64,000 nucleotides of DNA from the human T2T-CHM13v2.0 reference genome, Homo sapiens: the NCBI RefSeq assembly GCF_009914755.1, contig NC_060936.1; one strand, written 5' to 3'. Below the pieces are notes generated by a model. It ran no database searches. It saw nothing but the letters and a program-made list of their open reading frames with translations, and was not told where the DNA came from. Positions 18,618-31,369 of this stretch are shown piece by piece. The position numbers were made by a program, and so were the translations under genes. The stretch's first letter is position 1. Each line of letters opens with the position of its first letter.

Positions 18618-19139
18618 TGTTAACCTGATACTTCATTCTTTGAAATTGCCCAAGAAATTCTACATGACATAAACCAAAATTTAAGCTAATTTTATTCAAA
18701 ATTGCTTATAAGCCTCAGAACAAGATGAATGTGGGCATAGGAGAGACATAAGGCTCTGCCAAGCAGAGAATTCTGAAGGTGATGAGAAGAAAAACGGAAG
18801 GGAAAGAGAATATGAGGAACACCATCCTGAAATCTGAAGGGAGATTCCGACAGAACCCAAGCATCATTTTTCTCTCCCTTTGGATCCCCTTCGTCTAGCA
18901 TTCTTAAGAAACGAGAAAAGGAGTTGACTTATGTCTGCTTCTAAGTGGTCCGCTTGACTACTGATCCTTCAAATTGCATGTTCAACTCTGCTCCACTGCT
19001 CTTGGCCAGAGACCATTGCCTACTTTGCTTCTCTTTACAGCTTAAAACAAGAATTCCGTTCATTCTCAAATAAATGCTGCCACCTTTGCAAGGGTCTTTG
19101 TAGAGGTATATGTTTTGCTAGGGGGTGGGTGTTCCTTAG

Positions 19140-19363
19140 CTTGTGGGCCTGTCCAATCTCTATCTCTGTCTTCATGTGGCCTCTTCCTTTTTGTGTCTTC
19201 CCCTCTGTCTCTTATAAGGACACTAGTCATTGGATTTAGGGCTCACCCTAGTCCAGCATGAGCTCATCTAGAGATCATTACCTTAACATCTGCAAAGACA
19301 TTTCATCCAAATAAGATTACATCATTAAGTGGATTATTGGAGGACATTATTCAACCCACTTCA
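19140..19363. mobile_element. MLT1 (MaLR) LTR fragment
   Basis: TCTTATAAGGACACTAGTCATTGGATTTAGGGCTCACCCTA...ATTCAACCCAC motif. Confidence 0.75.
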
Positions 19364-20919
19364 GAGAGTGGATGAATACTTCCATTTTTGTCATCTCCTT
19401 GTTTTTCTCTATATATCACTACATAAAATTATATGGCTTAATCACATTTTGCTGAAAGTTTGGCAGAAATGAAAAGAAACTAGAGCACATAAGGAAGAAA
19501 CAGCTATATGCTAAACATACTTTTCCTGTGCCAAATAAGAGTCTTTAAGAAATTAAACCATTCATAGCCATCATCTCATGAGTAATTTAGACTCTACCTT
19601 AAGTCCATGAGCCCTGTGGGAGGATTTCTTCTTCAAGCCTTGACAGTGTAGCTGTCCCTTCAGTACTCCAGGGGTTGGCTTCACCCCAAGGACCTTTCCC
19701 TTTCCCCACCAGCTAGCCCATGGGACCCAATCATTATTAACTATTTTCCTAGGTCTGAGTTATTTACTACTAGAGTAACACCATGGAAGTAACTCCAACA
19801 GGATGGTCCAAGGTGGGCTTGGGAAACCCCAGTCTGGCAGAATAAACTAGGCTAGGTGTAGCCCTCCATGCTCAGTTTCTTTTGAAATAATCTCACCATT
19901 GGGAGTTATAGCTATGCCCCTTTCTTTTTTCTAATTGTCTCACATTTCTCAAGGATAGTTTCTCAGAACAATAGTTTGCATTTTGTTAGGTACAGAAACC
20001 TCCAATACTAAGCCATATATCCTTTAATACAAGAGCCTGAGTAAGCTCTTAGAGAAAAGATCCCTTTTAAAATCATCTCTTGTGGGTAGTGGAGAGGAAG
20101 GGATGCTAGTGATGGTAGTAGTAGATAGTATTGGGGAGTAGAAGTGTAGTTTCATTATTTGGTTATACTACCAAAGCCACTTCTCATTATAGATCACTTG
20201 TAGATCACCATTCTTGTTTCAGACATAGATTTCTTCCACATTTTAAATAATATTCGTGTGCATATAGGCTCAGAAGAGTTACATTCATTCATTAAACCAA
20301 ACCAACCACCTTTCTGCACAGCTAAAGAAAATAATATTGGCCAGCTTCTTACTCCTAGTTGCCCTGAAATATAAACAGAGCCAAACTTTAACTTATTGTG
20401 TCTATAATGCTAGAAATTTCTACCTTAAAAAGTTATCAGCAGAATCTTTCAGGGTACATCTTTCTAGGTTGTACCTAAGCTGTTTTCTATTGGGGTCAAG
20501 GAGCTCCTTGGCAATGCCTCTAATCCTTTATTCTTCCCTAAATTGCTTTTGGTATTTAATTTTCTGGGCCGAGTTTTATTGGCTTAGGCTTTATTCCCTG
20601 GAAATTTTTGTTATTGCTGTTGTTTAATTATGAAATATTTCATTCATACAAAAGTACAGAGACCTATAACAAACACCATGTGTTCACTCTTAAACTTAAA
20701 TAAACGCATGCTTTGGAATTTTTTTATAAGTGAAATCTTACATTTGATTCATTTGAAGCCAGACAGGTGTAGATTTTTTTAACTTTTTTGTTGATGTTAG
20801 GATTTTAATACTTGGTTAAGAGAAATATTAAGAAGCACATAAATTTCTTCGGAAAGTGTTTTCCTTTTAAATGGCTAGGAAATGAATCCTTTACACAAGG
20901 CATTCCAGATGGATGAATC

Positions 20920-21960
20920 CTAGGCCCTCTTCTCGTCTCTTCACTTCTCTTCTCTTTCTTCTCTTCTCTTCTCTACTCTTCTCTTCTCTTCTCACTCTAT
21001 ATTACTTCCCTGCTTGATCTCATCCATGCCCATGGCTTAACTAATACTCCACTGATGACAGCTCCTGAGCTCATATCTTCATCTCAGATCTCTGCTTGGA
21101 GTTACAGACCTATACATCCAGCAGTTATCTTATCATGCCACAAAGTCTTCAATTTAACCCACATGACCCAACAAAACCATGATTTTCCTAACCTTTGCTT
21201 TTCTCTCTCTCAGCAAATGGCACCATCATTTATCAAATTAGGCATCTCAGACTTCTGGGATTTAACCTTGATAACTTCTTCTCCATCAACTTCTTATTTA
21301 AACAGTCAGCAAGTCCTCCTGATTGTACCTCCTCAATATGTATCAAATTCATTTACTTATCTCTTCCTCTGTGACCACTCAACTAGTCCCAACCATCATC
21401 ATTTCTTATTCCAACTTCAGCAATAGCTTCCTAACTATTCTGCATGCATTTTTCCTGGGCCCCTCCAGCAGATTCTCTGCATCGTACCCAGAGTGAACTT
21501 TTCAAAACACCAGTCTGATTATATGACCTCCATCCTGCTGGATCATCATTCTTAAGATAAACAGAATGATGCATAGTGTGCATGATCTGGCCCAGCCTTT
21601 GTCTCTTGGCTTCATTTATTATGTCTCACTCTGTGCTCTAGCTTTGTAGGTTTTGAAAGCGTCACGCCTTCTTCCTCCAGATCCCTCGCACATGCTGTTC
21701 CCTCATCTTGAAGTGTCCTTCTGCCATTTATAAGGTAACTTCTATTCATCTCTCATATTTTAACTCACATATCACTTCTTTAGGGAAACTTCCCTAACCC
21801 TGCTCACCACCACCACCCCCCATTAATCTTGGCCACAGTTCTTTGTTAATAGCTTTTATTTAATTGTACTCTTTTCTTCCCTGGGCCTTTTCTCAGATGT
21901 AAAAATATACCCCAGCCCCTACCACTATATTGTAAACACCATGAAGACATGAATAAATAA
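20920..21960 (+). mobile_element. L2 LINE relic with (CTTCT)n low-complexity stretch
   Basis: Typical L2 phrases (GATCTCATCCAT..CCATGGCTT, CAGCAAATGGCACC, CACATGCTGTTCCCTC). Confidence 0.7.
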
Positions 21961-22194
21961 GTGATTTTCAAGCTACATAATTTATAAGCAGCCTTGTCTG
22001 GATCTTGTGGAAACGTGATGGTATTAATAACAAAGTTATGGAATTTTGAGTTTTCATTGCTATAAATCTTCCCCTCCTGTTTTCAAAGGTGACATCAAGC
22101 CATAGGCTAATGTTCTCACTGGTATAATGAGATAAAGGGTAGGAACGCACCTGCCATAAGGTGCTTTATGAAAGATAGAATATTTTTGAGGTAT

Positions 22195-22505
22195 ATTAAT
22201 GAAAGGGAAAGAGCTGTGAATTCAAATCCTGGGTCTTCCTCTTGAGTGTTCTTAGAGCTGGAGGCAGGTTGGACAACCCCCAGCCTTGGTTTCATCATCT
22301 GTAAAATAGCAATATGCTACTTCTAAGTTACTTCTAACAACTAGAGTTTATATATCCACAGTGCCTGTGCCATAAATGTCAGTAAATATTTACAGACTAA
22401 AGAAATAACTGAATAAACAAATAGATGAAGGAAAGTGAAGCACCCAGTGGAATCCTTGGTAAATAGCAAGTGCTCAATAAATTGTAATGATAGTAATAAT
22501 ATTAT
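22195..22505 (+). mobile_element. MIR/L2 fragments
   Basis: TTCAAATCCTGG, TTTCATCATCTGTAAAATAG core, AAGTGCTCAATAAAT. Confidence 0.6.
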
Positions 22506-22725
22506 GAAATGGCTAAAAAAGATGCTTTCTTGTAAGAAAAAGGAAGCAGTGAAATAATTGAAAGTGTATGTGTTGGGGTAGAGATGGATGGAAATCCTAG
22601 ACAGTCATCCACAGAAGGTGTTTCAGGGTCAGGTGCCTTGGCAAGTTGACTACTCAAATGCTAACAAGTGGGAAAACACATACAACCAGTTCCCTACCAT
22701 ACCATGTTACCTGGATGTCCATAGG

Positions 22726-22762
<37 letters not shown>
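22726..22762. repeat. poly(A)+(TA)n microsatellite
   Basis: A-run followed by (TA)11. Confidence 0.9.
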
Positions 22763-23053
22763 TGAGTGAAGAAATACAGCCTCACAAAGAAAATGAAAGA
22801 ATAAGCCAGAGAGAGGAGCAGAACCAGCAGAGGGGCATGTCAGAAAGGCAAAACAAGGAGGAAGTAGGCAACAGCATCAGACCTTCACAGAGTCAGTTCA
22901 GATAAAAATGAAGCATGTCATCCAAATCTAATGATAGAAATAAGAAGGTCATTGGCAACTTTGGCAAAAAGTTTTCAATAAAGTGGGATAGAAGGAAGAC
23001 CAATTAAGCTGGATAGTGAAAAGGAAATGAGAAATACAGACAGTGAGCTTATA

Positions 23054-23229
23054 TTTCTTCCTCCCTTCCTTCCTTCCTTCCTTTCTTCCGTCTTTCCTTC
23101 CTTCCTTCCTTTCCTTCCTTCCTTCCTTTACTTCCTTCCTTCTCTCTCTTTTCTTTTCTTTTCCTTCCTTCTTTCCCTCCCTCCCTCCTTCCTTCCTTTC
23201 TTTCTTCTTTCTTTCTTTCTGTCTTTCCT

Positions 23230-23289
<60 letters not shown>

Positions 23290-23343
23290 TCCTTTCTTTC
23301 TTCCTCGCTTTCTTTTTCTTTCCTTCTTTCTTTCTTTTTTTTT
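23054..23343. repeat. Compound (TTCC)n/(TTTC)n polypyrimidine microsatellite, expanded from an Alu tail
   Basis: ~290 bp nearly pure C/T, adjacent to the 3' end of a minus-strand Alu. Confidence 0.95.
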
Positions 23344-23620
23344 GACAGTGTCTTACTCTGTTGCCCAGGCTGGAGTACACTGGCATCATCATAGCTCACA
23401 GCAAGCTTAAACTCCCGGGCTCAAATGATCCTCCCACCTCAGCCTCCCAAGTAGCAGAGACTACAGGCACACACCACGCCCAGCTACTTTTATCTTTTAT
23501 TTGTAGAGATGAAGTCTTGCTTTGTTGCCCAGGCTGGTGTCAAGCTCTGGCCTCAAGCTATCCTCCTGCCTCAGCCTCCCAAAGTACTGTGATTACAGGC
23601 ATAAGCCATTGTGCCCAGCC
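23344..23620 (-). mobile_element. AluJ-like SINE
   Basis: CATAGCTCAC..CAGC, GGCTCAAATGATCCTCCCACCTCAGCCTCC, ends CCCAGCC; degenerate TSD TGAGCTTATATT / TGAGTTTACATT. Confidence 0.93.
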
Positions 23621-24065
23621 ATGAGTTTACATTATTCTTTGAAATGTGTCTAGAATTGGCAGAGCAGAGATTGGGTGAGGTAGTTGGAGGGGAAGACCAG
23701 GTTGACAGGTTTTTGGTTTCTTTTCTTCTTTTGTTTTTAGGTTAAAAGACAACATATTTGTGGTCTGAAAAAGACAACTAGAGAAAAGGGAGGTGTTCAA
23801 TATGTTGGAGAGAGAGAGAATAATTAATAGGGTTGAAGCTGAGGAGGGGTCAGTGTCAACCCAGCCTTCATTAACCCACTGGTCCATATCCCCCATAGTT
23901 ATATCCCCAAAAATAAAAATTTTAAATGCCTTTTTTAGTATCCTTTTCCCATTCACCCGTGTGGTCCTGGACCTTCTCACTTAGTCATGCGTTGCATTTA
24001 CATTCTTGACCTCCTCCTGCATTCCTCTGACCTTTTGCTTTGCCTCTTATTTTCTTCACCCTTAG

Positions 24066-24425
24066 GACCTGATGATTGATTTAGCATCTTTGGCATCCGG
24101 CCACTGCTCTGCTTGGCCATACTGCTGCCTTCACCCTCAGCTGTTGCAACTCTTTTGGCCACTTTGTGTAACTGCCCTGCCAAGCCCTGCTTCCTGGCTG
24201 TCCAAAGAAAGAAGTGTTTCCTACAGGAGATCACAACAAAAGGATGAAATCTGGGGTGCAGGGGAAGGGTAGCTTCTGAAGCTGGAAAATAAAGAAGTAA
24301 GGAAGGGAGACTGTGGAATTTACCAGGGAGGGAAACTAATATTTCCTTTCATATAAGTTGGTACTATTCTGGCTTTTTACCATGATCATATATTATATTC
24401 AAAATAAAGCTCTTGTTTTTGAAAC
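24066..24425 (+). other. Candidate spliced terminal exon (host transcript unidentified)
   Basis: Branch-like CTGAC (~24027), ~30-nt polypyrimidine tract, TTAG|G acceptor at 24065/24066; AATAAA at 24288 and 24403. Confidence 0.5.
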
Positions 24426-27204
24426 AAAAAAATATAAACAAAGGAAGGAAGGATGTTCATTTATTTAGATAATAGATACCTAGTGAACCCCTAGTAGACC
24501 TTGTACTGGGTCCTGGGGACACTGGTGACCAGGTTCCATTCCTGATCTCCTGGAGCAGGGGACACGAAAAGACATTAAGCAAATAATTACACATCTTTTT
24601 ACATCAGTACAAATGTTGGGACTTTGCAAGAGTTCCACCCTGAAAGCTTCTGTTTTCACTGAAAGAGAGGAGGCAAGGTCATTTGTTCATAAAAGCAATG
24701 GAATTGAGTAGGGGACTTGAAAGAAATGATGAGGCTAGGAAAAGCAGCTATAGGAAAGGGGGCACCAGTCAGACTAAGAATATGTAACCAGAGCACAGCT
24801 GTGCATACTTTGCTTGAATGTCTCCAAGTTCAAATCCAAGAACTTGATATTTTAGGTTGATTCTATGTGTAACCTATTTGTTTTTAAAGAGTAGAGTCTT
24901 TTTCTTCCAGCATGTGTTAGTTAGCCCTGTCTTTATCACATCACCACCACCAATTGTCATTTGCAGAAGTATCTTCAACTCATCATAAATTTACTAGTAA
25001 TAGCTAACTCATGTCTATAGAACTGTTAAGTGACAAGATAATATTTAGATTAAAAGCTATAGTTGCATTCTTATTAGAGACTTAATCAGATTTTAACATG
25101 CTCCTCACAGGGGCCATTTAGCCCTATTCTGCTGGGCTTTGGCAAGCACTGAATGATTGCCCTCCTAGGGCAGAGGTACTGCAGCCCTGGTTAAGCATTG
25201 AAAAGATGATATTACCAATAAGTTGACTCTAATTGTAAACAACATATTTAAACAATTACATCTTAATTAAATTCTTATAAATTATAAGTGCCTCAGAACT
25301 TTCTTTCTTAATCTCAAATGCATGTTTCTTAAAATCATTCACTATTTTATGAGAATATATTTGCTGAATATTAGAAAAAAGAGTTAAAAATAAAAGGCAT
25401 TTCTAAAATTTTTTCTTGTATGAAATATGCTTTCTTTTATTTATAAATCATTGGTTTTATCTTCTATATAGTGAATTTCTAAAGGGATTTAATGTTTGAT
25501 ATTGAATTGTATACTAAAATAAGGTTGTTTTAGACATAAAAGAGTAACAGCAACAATAACAAAGAAGTTGTGACAAAGAGGATTGTTGTACTGAGATTTG
25601 ATGGATAACTTTGATTCATTTGTTTTATGTGTATCTTGCCTACATCTGTCCATTCATCTCACCATTTCTATCAACTATCTACCTGGTGCAGTTTGATATG
25701 TTATAAGCTGTGAGAAGTGAGACAAGGAAAGAACTTTTTGCTGAATTTTTTAGAACATCTGTGATGTGTTGTACATATTAGGCAAATAATAAATACTTAC
25801 TGAATTAAATTAAATTTAACCAGGATCAAGTTCAGATGGCTTACGGTTGAGATACATGTTGCTATGGCAGCAGGAAGAAAATGATGGAAAAGAAGAAAAC
25901 AAAAAGCAAGAAAAAGTGAGAAATCAAAGGACAACATTTTCAAGGATGAAGAGTGCTACATCTATTCATTATACATTGTAGATATAGATAATAACAATAG
26001 TAATAATGTGGTCAAATTTTAATAAATAAAAAATTGAGTTAAGCTTAATCATACATAGTGCTTTTATTGAAAACTAACACCTCAACAATCACATCTCTTC
26101 ATGTCACACAGTCATCCATGTGAATGGAACAAATATCAGTAGCCTGAAGGACAATACAATTATTGCAAAAATAATTTGCTTTTTCAGTTAAGGTCCTCAC
26201 TTATACATGGGTTGGTTCTTTTTTAGCTTTGTGCTGATTTCCTGTAGTCTTCCATTGCATTTAGGCACTAACTCATTTGTCTATGTTTCAGAATGCCAGC
26301 GTAAAGGTGAAATAAAGGTAAAACAACAACAATAACAAAAAGGACAGGAAAGAACAACAACAAATAAATGGTGTGGCAATTCTTAGCTGTTCAGTGTCTG
26401 ACTCCCCTTTCAGTGTTTGGGGAATTGCTCACCTTATGAGTCTCAGTGGGAGACTCAGGCTCTGCTCATTATTAAAGTTGAATACATCAGGAACTTGCTT
26501 TCCCCACCTTGTTTGCAGTTAAGCCCAACACACCCCACCGTGGAGCCACAGAGATATGGAGGATGCACTCTCTGGCAACAGTGGAGGATGCACTCTCTGG
26601 CAGTAGTAGTGGGAACGCCAGTGGTGTGAGCACTGCATGGCTTCCCGAAACAAGCCCTCTGGTGTGACGAGACAGTTTCTACATTCTGTAACTCTATACT
26701 GGATTCTCCACCCAAAGCCACAGCTTGTCTGTCAAGGGCCTTCATATGAAAAAGGAAAAGGTGCCCCTGGCAGATGCAGGCTCTGTCAGCACATGGTGGC
26801 TCTGCCTCTGTCCTTCCTGTGGGCCCCTCAGCTGCCCATGCTTCTTTTCTTAAATAGATTTTCTGCCAAAATCAGCTAACATTTGCGTTACTGCTTACAA
26901 CTAACAACCTTACTGATACACATAATAAGGCTACCACACCTGCCCAGCCATATCCATAAACCTTTCCATTATGCTATGTGCCTTTTAACATACAGTATAA
27001 TTCTTTTATATGGATACCGCCTTATTATCTGGAATTATCACAGCACCCAGTGGATGCCCCAAAACAACACAACTAGCAAAGATTCAATATTCAGTTAGAG
27101 TAAATAATTCATTTACTTATACTTTAAAACATTTATATGCAATTTTAAATGACACAACTTCAAGTATTTAAATGAGATAGTTTAAAAGTTAAATTCCTTC
27201 ACTA

Positions 27205-27332
27205 TGTGTGTGATGGCTACACTAAAACCCCAGACTTCACTACAGCACAATATATGTATGTAATAAATCTGCACTTGTACCCTCTAAATCTATAAAAGAT
27301 TTTTGTATTTTAAGGAAATTTTTAAAATAAAA
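27205..27332 (+). mobile_element. Short old L1P/L1MA 3'-end fragment
   Basis: GATGGCTACACTAAAACCCCAGACTTCACTAC...CTGCACTTGTACCC; flanked by TAAAAGTTAA repeats (27183-27192 / 27333-27342). Confidence 0.75.
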
Positions 27333-27621
27333 TAAAAGTTAAGTATCTTTTGCCTTGGGGAAGGAGGAAAGAATAATAGTTATCAGCTAGTATATGGGGA
27401 ACTATTTAAAGTACATGTAACAAAAAATGGTTCATGGGAAGAGTAAACTGGACCACCTGGAGACCCTACTCTCCTGTCCATTGAGAGACTACAATCCTCA
27501 TGCTTGCTGTGCATTTTCTCCAATACCATCATGGCCACTGTAGCTGCCACTACTAGTGAAGACACACCAGGATCCCACTGTAATCACTGGGCTTATTTCA
27601 AAGACACAGCTGCAAATTTCA

Positions 27622-30600
27622 CCACCCCAAATCAACAGAATATGCATTCTTTGCAGTGCGACATGGCACTTATTCTAAAATCAACCACATAATTGGAAGT
27701 AAAACACTCCTCAGCAAATGCAAAAGAACGAAAATCATAACAATCTCTCAAAACATAGGGCAATCAAATTAGAACTCAGAATTAAGAAACTCACTCAAAA
27801 CCACACAATTACATGGAAACTGAACAACCTGCTTCTGAATGACTACTGGGTAAATAATGAAATTAAGGCAGAAATAATGAAGTTCTTTTAAACCAATGAG
27901 AACAAAGAGACAATGTACCAGAATCTCTGGGACACAGCTAAAGCAGTGCTAAAAGGGAAATTTATAGGAATGAATGCCCACATCAGAAAGGTAGAGAGAT
28001 CTCAAATCAATACTCTAACACCACAATTAAAAGAGCTAGAGAGGCAAGGGCAAACTAATCCAAAAGCTAGCAGAAGACAAGAAATTACTAAGATCAGAGC
28101 AGAATTGAAGGAGATAGAGACATGAAAAACCCTCCAAAAAAATCAATGAATCCAGGAGCTGGTTTTTTGAAAAAATTAACAAAATAGATAGACAGTGAGC
28201 TAGAATAATAAAAAAGAAAACAGAGAGAAAAATCAAATAGACACAATAAAAAATGATAAAGGGGATATCATCACTGAACCCACAGAAATAAAAACTGCCA
28301 TCGGGGAATACTATAAACAATCACCTCTATGCAAATAAACTAGAGAATCTAGAAGAAATGGATAAATTCCTGGACACATAAACCCTCCTAAGACTAAACC
28401 AGGAAGAAGTCGAATCTCTGGATGGACCAATAACAAGTTCTGAAATTGAGGCAGTAATTAATAGCCTACCAGCCAAAAAAAGAAAAGCCCAGGACCAGAG
28501 CGATTCACAGCCAAATTCTACCAGAGGTACAAAGAGACACTAGTACCATTACTTCTGAAACTATTCCAAACAATTGAAAAGGGGGGACTCCTCTGTAACT
28601 CATTTTATGAAGCCAGCATCATCCTGATACCAAAACCAGGCAGAGACAGAACAAAAAAAGAAAACTTCAGGCCAATATCCCTGATGAACATTGATGCGAA
28701 AATCCTCAATGAAATACTGGCAAACTGAATCCAGCAGCATATCAAAAAACATATCTACCACGATCAAGTCAGCTTCATCCCTGGGATGCAAGGCTGGTTC
28801 AACACATGCAAATCAATAAACTTAATCCATCACGTAAACAGAACCAATGACAAAAAACACATGATTATCTCAATAGATGAAGAAAGACCTTTGATAAAAT
28901 TCAAAATCCCTTCATGCCGAAAACTGTCAATAAACTAGATATTGATGGAACATATGTCAAGATAATAAGAGCTATTTATGACAAACCCACAGCCAATATC
29001 ATATTGGATGAGCAAAAGCAGGAAGCATTCCCTTTGAAAACTGGTACAAGACAAGGATGCCCTCTCTCACCACTCCTATTCAACACAGTATTGGAAGATC
29101 TGGCCAGGGCAATCAGGCAAGAGAAAGAAATAAAGCGTATTCAAATAGAAAGAGAGATAGTCAAATTGTCCCTGCTTGCAGGCGACATGATTTTATATTT
29201 AGAAAACCACATCATCTTAGCCCAAAAACCCGTTAAACTGATAAGCAACTTCAGCAAAGTCTCTGGATACAAAATCAATGTGCAAAAATCACAAGCATTC
29301 CTTTACATCAACAATAGAGAAGCAGAGAGCCAAATCATGAATGAACTCCCATTCACAATTGCTACAAAGAGAATAAAATACCTAGGAATACAGCTAACAA
29401 GGGATGTGAAGGACTTCTTCAAGGAGAACTACAAACCACTGCTCAAGGAAATAAGATAGGACACAAACAAATGGAAAAACATTCCATCCTCATTGACAGG
29501 AAGAATCAATATTGTGAAAATGGCCATACTGCCCAAAGAAATTTATAAATTCAATGCTATTCCCATCAAGCTAACATTGTCATTCTTCACATAATTTAAA
29601 TGAATACTTTAAATTTCATATGGAATCAAAGAAGGCCCCATATAGCCAAGACAATCTTAAGCAAAAAGAACAAAGCTGGAGCCATTATGCTACCTGACTT
29701 CAAACTATACTAGAAGGCTACAGTAACCAAAACAGCATGGTACTGGTACCAAAACAGATATACAGACCAAAGAAACAGAACAGAGACCTCAGAAATAACA
29801 CCACACATCTACAGCCATCTGGTCTTCGACAAGCCTGACAAAAACAGGCAAAGGGGAAAGGATCTCCTATTCAATAAATGGTGCTGGGAAAACTGGCTAG
29901 CCATATGCAGAAAACTGAAACTGGACCTCTTCCTTACACCTTATACAAAAATTAACTCAAGATGGATTAAAGACTTAAATGTAAAACCCAAAACCATAAA
30001 AACCCTAGAAGAAAACCTAGGCAATACCATTCAGGACATAGGCATGGACAAAGACTTCATGACGAAAATGCCAAAAGCAACTGCAACAAAAGCCAAAATT
30101 GACAAATGAGATCTAATTAAACTAAAGAGCTTCTATACAGCAAAACAAACTATAATCAGAGTGAAGAGGCAACCTACAGAATGGGAGAATATTTTTGCAA
30201 TCTACCCATCTGACAAAGATCTAATATCCAGAATTTACAGGAACTTAACAAATTTACAAGAAAAAAGCAAACAACCCTATCAAAAAGTGGATAAAGGATA
30301 TGAACAGATACTTCTCAAAAGAAGACATTTATGAGGCCAACAAACATATGAAAAAAAAAAACTCAACATCACTGATTATTAGAGAAATGCAAATCAAAAC
30401 CACAATGAGATACCATCTCACGCTAGTCAGAATGGCAATTATTAAAAAGTCAAGAAACAATAGATGCCAGTGAGGTTGTGGAGAAATAGGAACACTTTTA
30501 CACTGCTTGTGGGAATGTAAATTGGTTCAACCATTATGGAAGACAGTATGGCAATTCCTCAAGGATCTAGAACCAGAAATACCATTTGACTCAGCAATTC

Positions 30601-31093
30601 TATTACTCGGTATATACCCAAAGGAATATAAATCATTCTACTATAAAGACACATACACACGTATGTTTATTGCAGCGCTATTTATAATAGCAAAGTCATG
30701 GAACCAAGCCAAATCCCCATCACTGATAGACTGGATAAAGAAAAAGTGGTACATATATACCATGGAATACTTTGAAGCCATAAAAAGGAATGTGATCATG
30801 TCCTTTGCAGGGACATGGATGAAGCTGGAAGCTATCATCCTCAGCAAACTAACACAGGAACAGAAAACCAAACATCGCATGTTCTCACTCATAAGTGGAA
30901 GTTGAACAATGAGAACACATGGACACACGGAGGGGAACATCACCTACCAGGGCCTGTTGGGGAGTGGGGGACGAGGGGAGGGAACTTAAAGGATGGGTCA
31001 ATAGGTGCAGCAAACCACCATTGCACATGTAAACCTATGTAACAAACCTGCACGTTCTGTGCATGTATCCCAGAACTTAAAATTAAAAAAAAA
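27622..31093 (+). mobile_element. 5'-truncated L1PA (older subfamily, roughly L1PA8-like), ORF2 disrupted
   Basis: ORF2 fragments 27913-28125, 28914-29459 and 30507-30905; 3'UTR GGATGGGTCAATAGGTGCAGCAAACCACC; A-tail. Confidence 0.95.
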
Positions 31094-31369
31094 TAGAAAC
31101 TATTACTCATGAGCTCCTCCGTCTTAGCACCAGCAAGTCTACAACTATTCCTGTATCTATACCCGTCTTTTTCATCCTTCCTGCTAATGGGCAAGCGTCT
31201 CCATAGTTATCAAAGGCAGGTACCTACTTGAATGCTCAGATGTCTTTTCCTTCTCCCCAAAAGAACTCAATCTACTGATTGTCACAATGTCCTGTCCCTG
31301 GCCCTTGTCTTTACCTTCCCTTTTATCTAGGTCCTTCCCACATTAAGAAGAAGCTCTAGTTTCTCCCAA

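Noticed and set aside
22949-23410. Lys/Glu/Arg-rich and Phe/Leu/Ser-rich ORFs
   Set aside because: Translation artefacts of the stop-free (GAAA)n/(TTCC)n microsatellite
24070-24150. C/D-box snoRNA from TGATGA at ~24070
   Set aside because: Box C context imperfect; no convincing D box or terminal stem at a suitable distance
26293-26307. 15-nt micro-exon (TTTCAG|AATGCCAGCGTAAAG|GTGAAA)
   Set aside because: Weak donor; such matches are expected by chance
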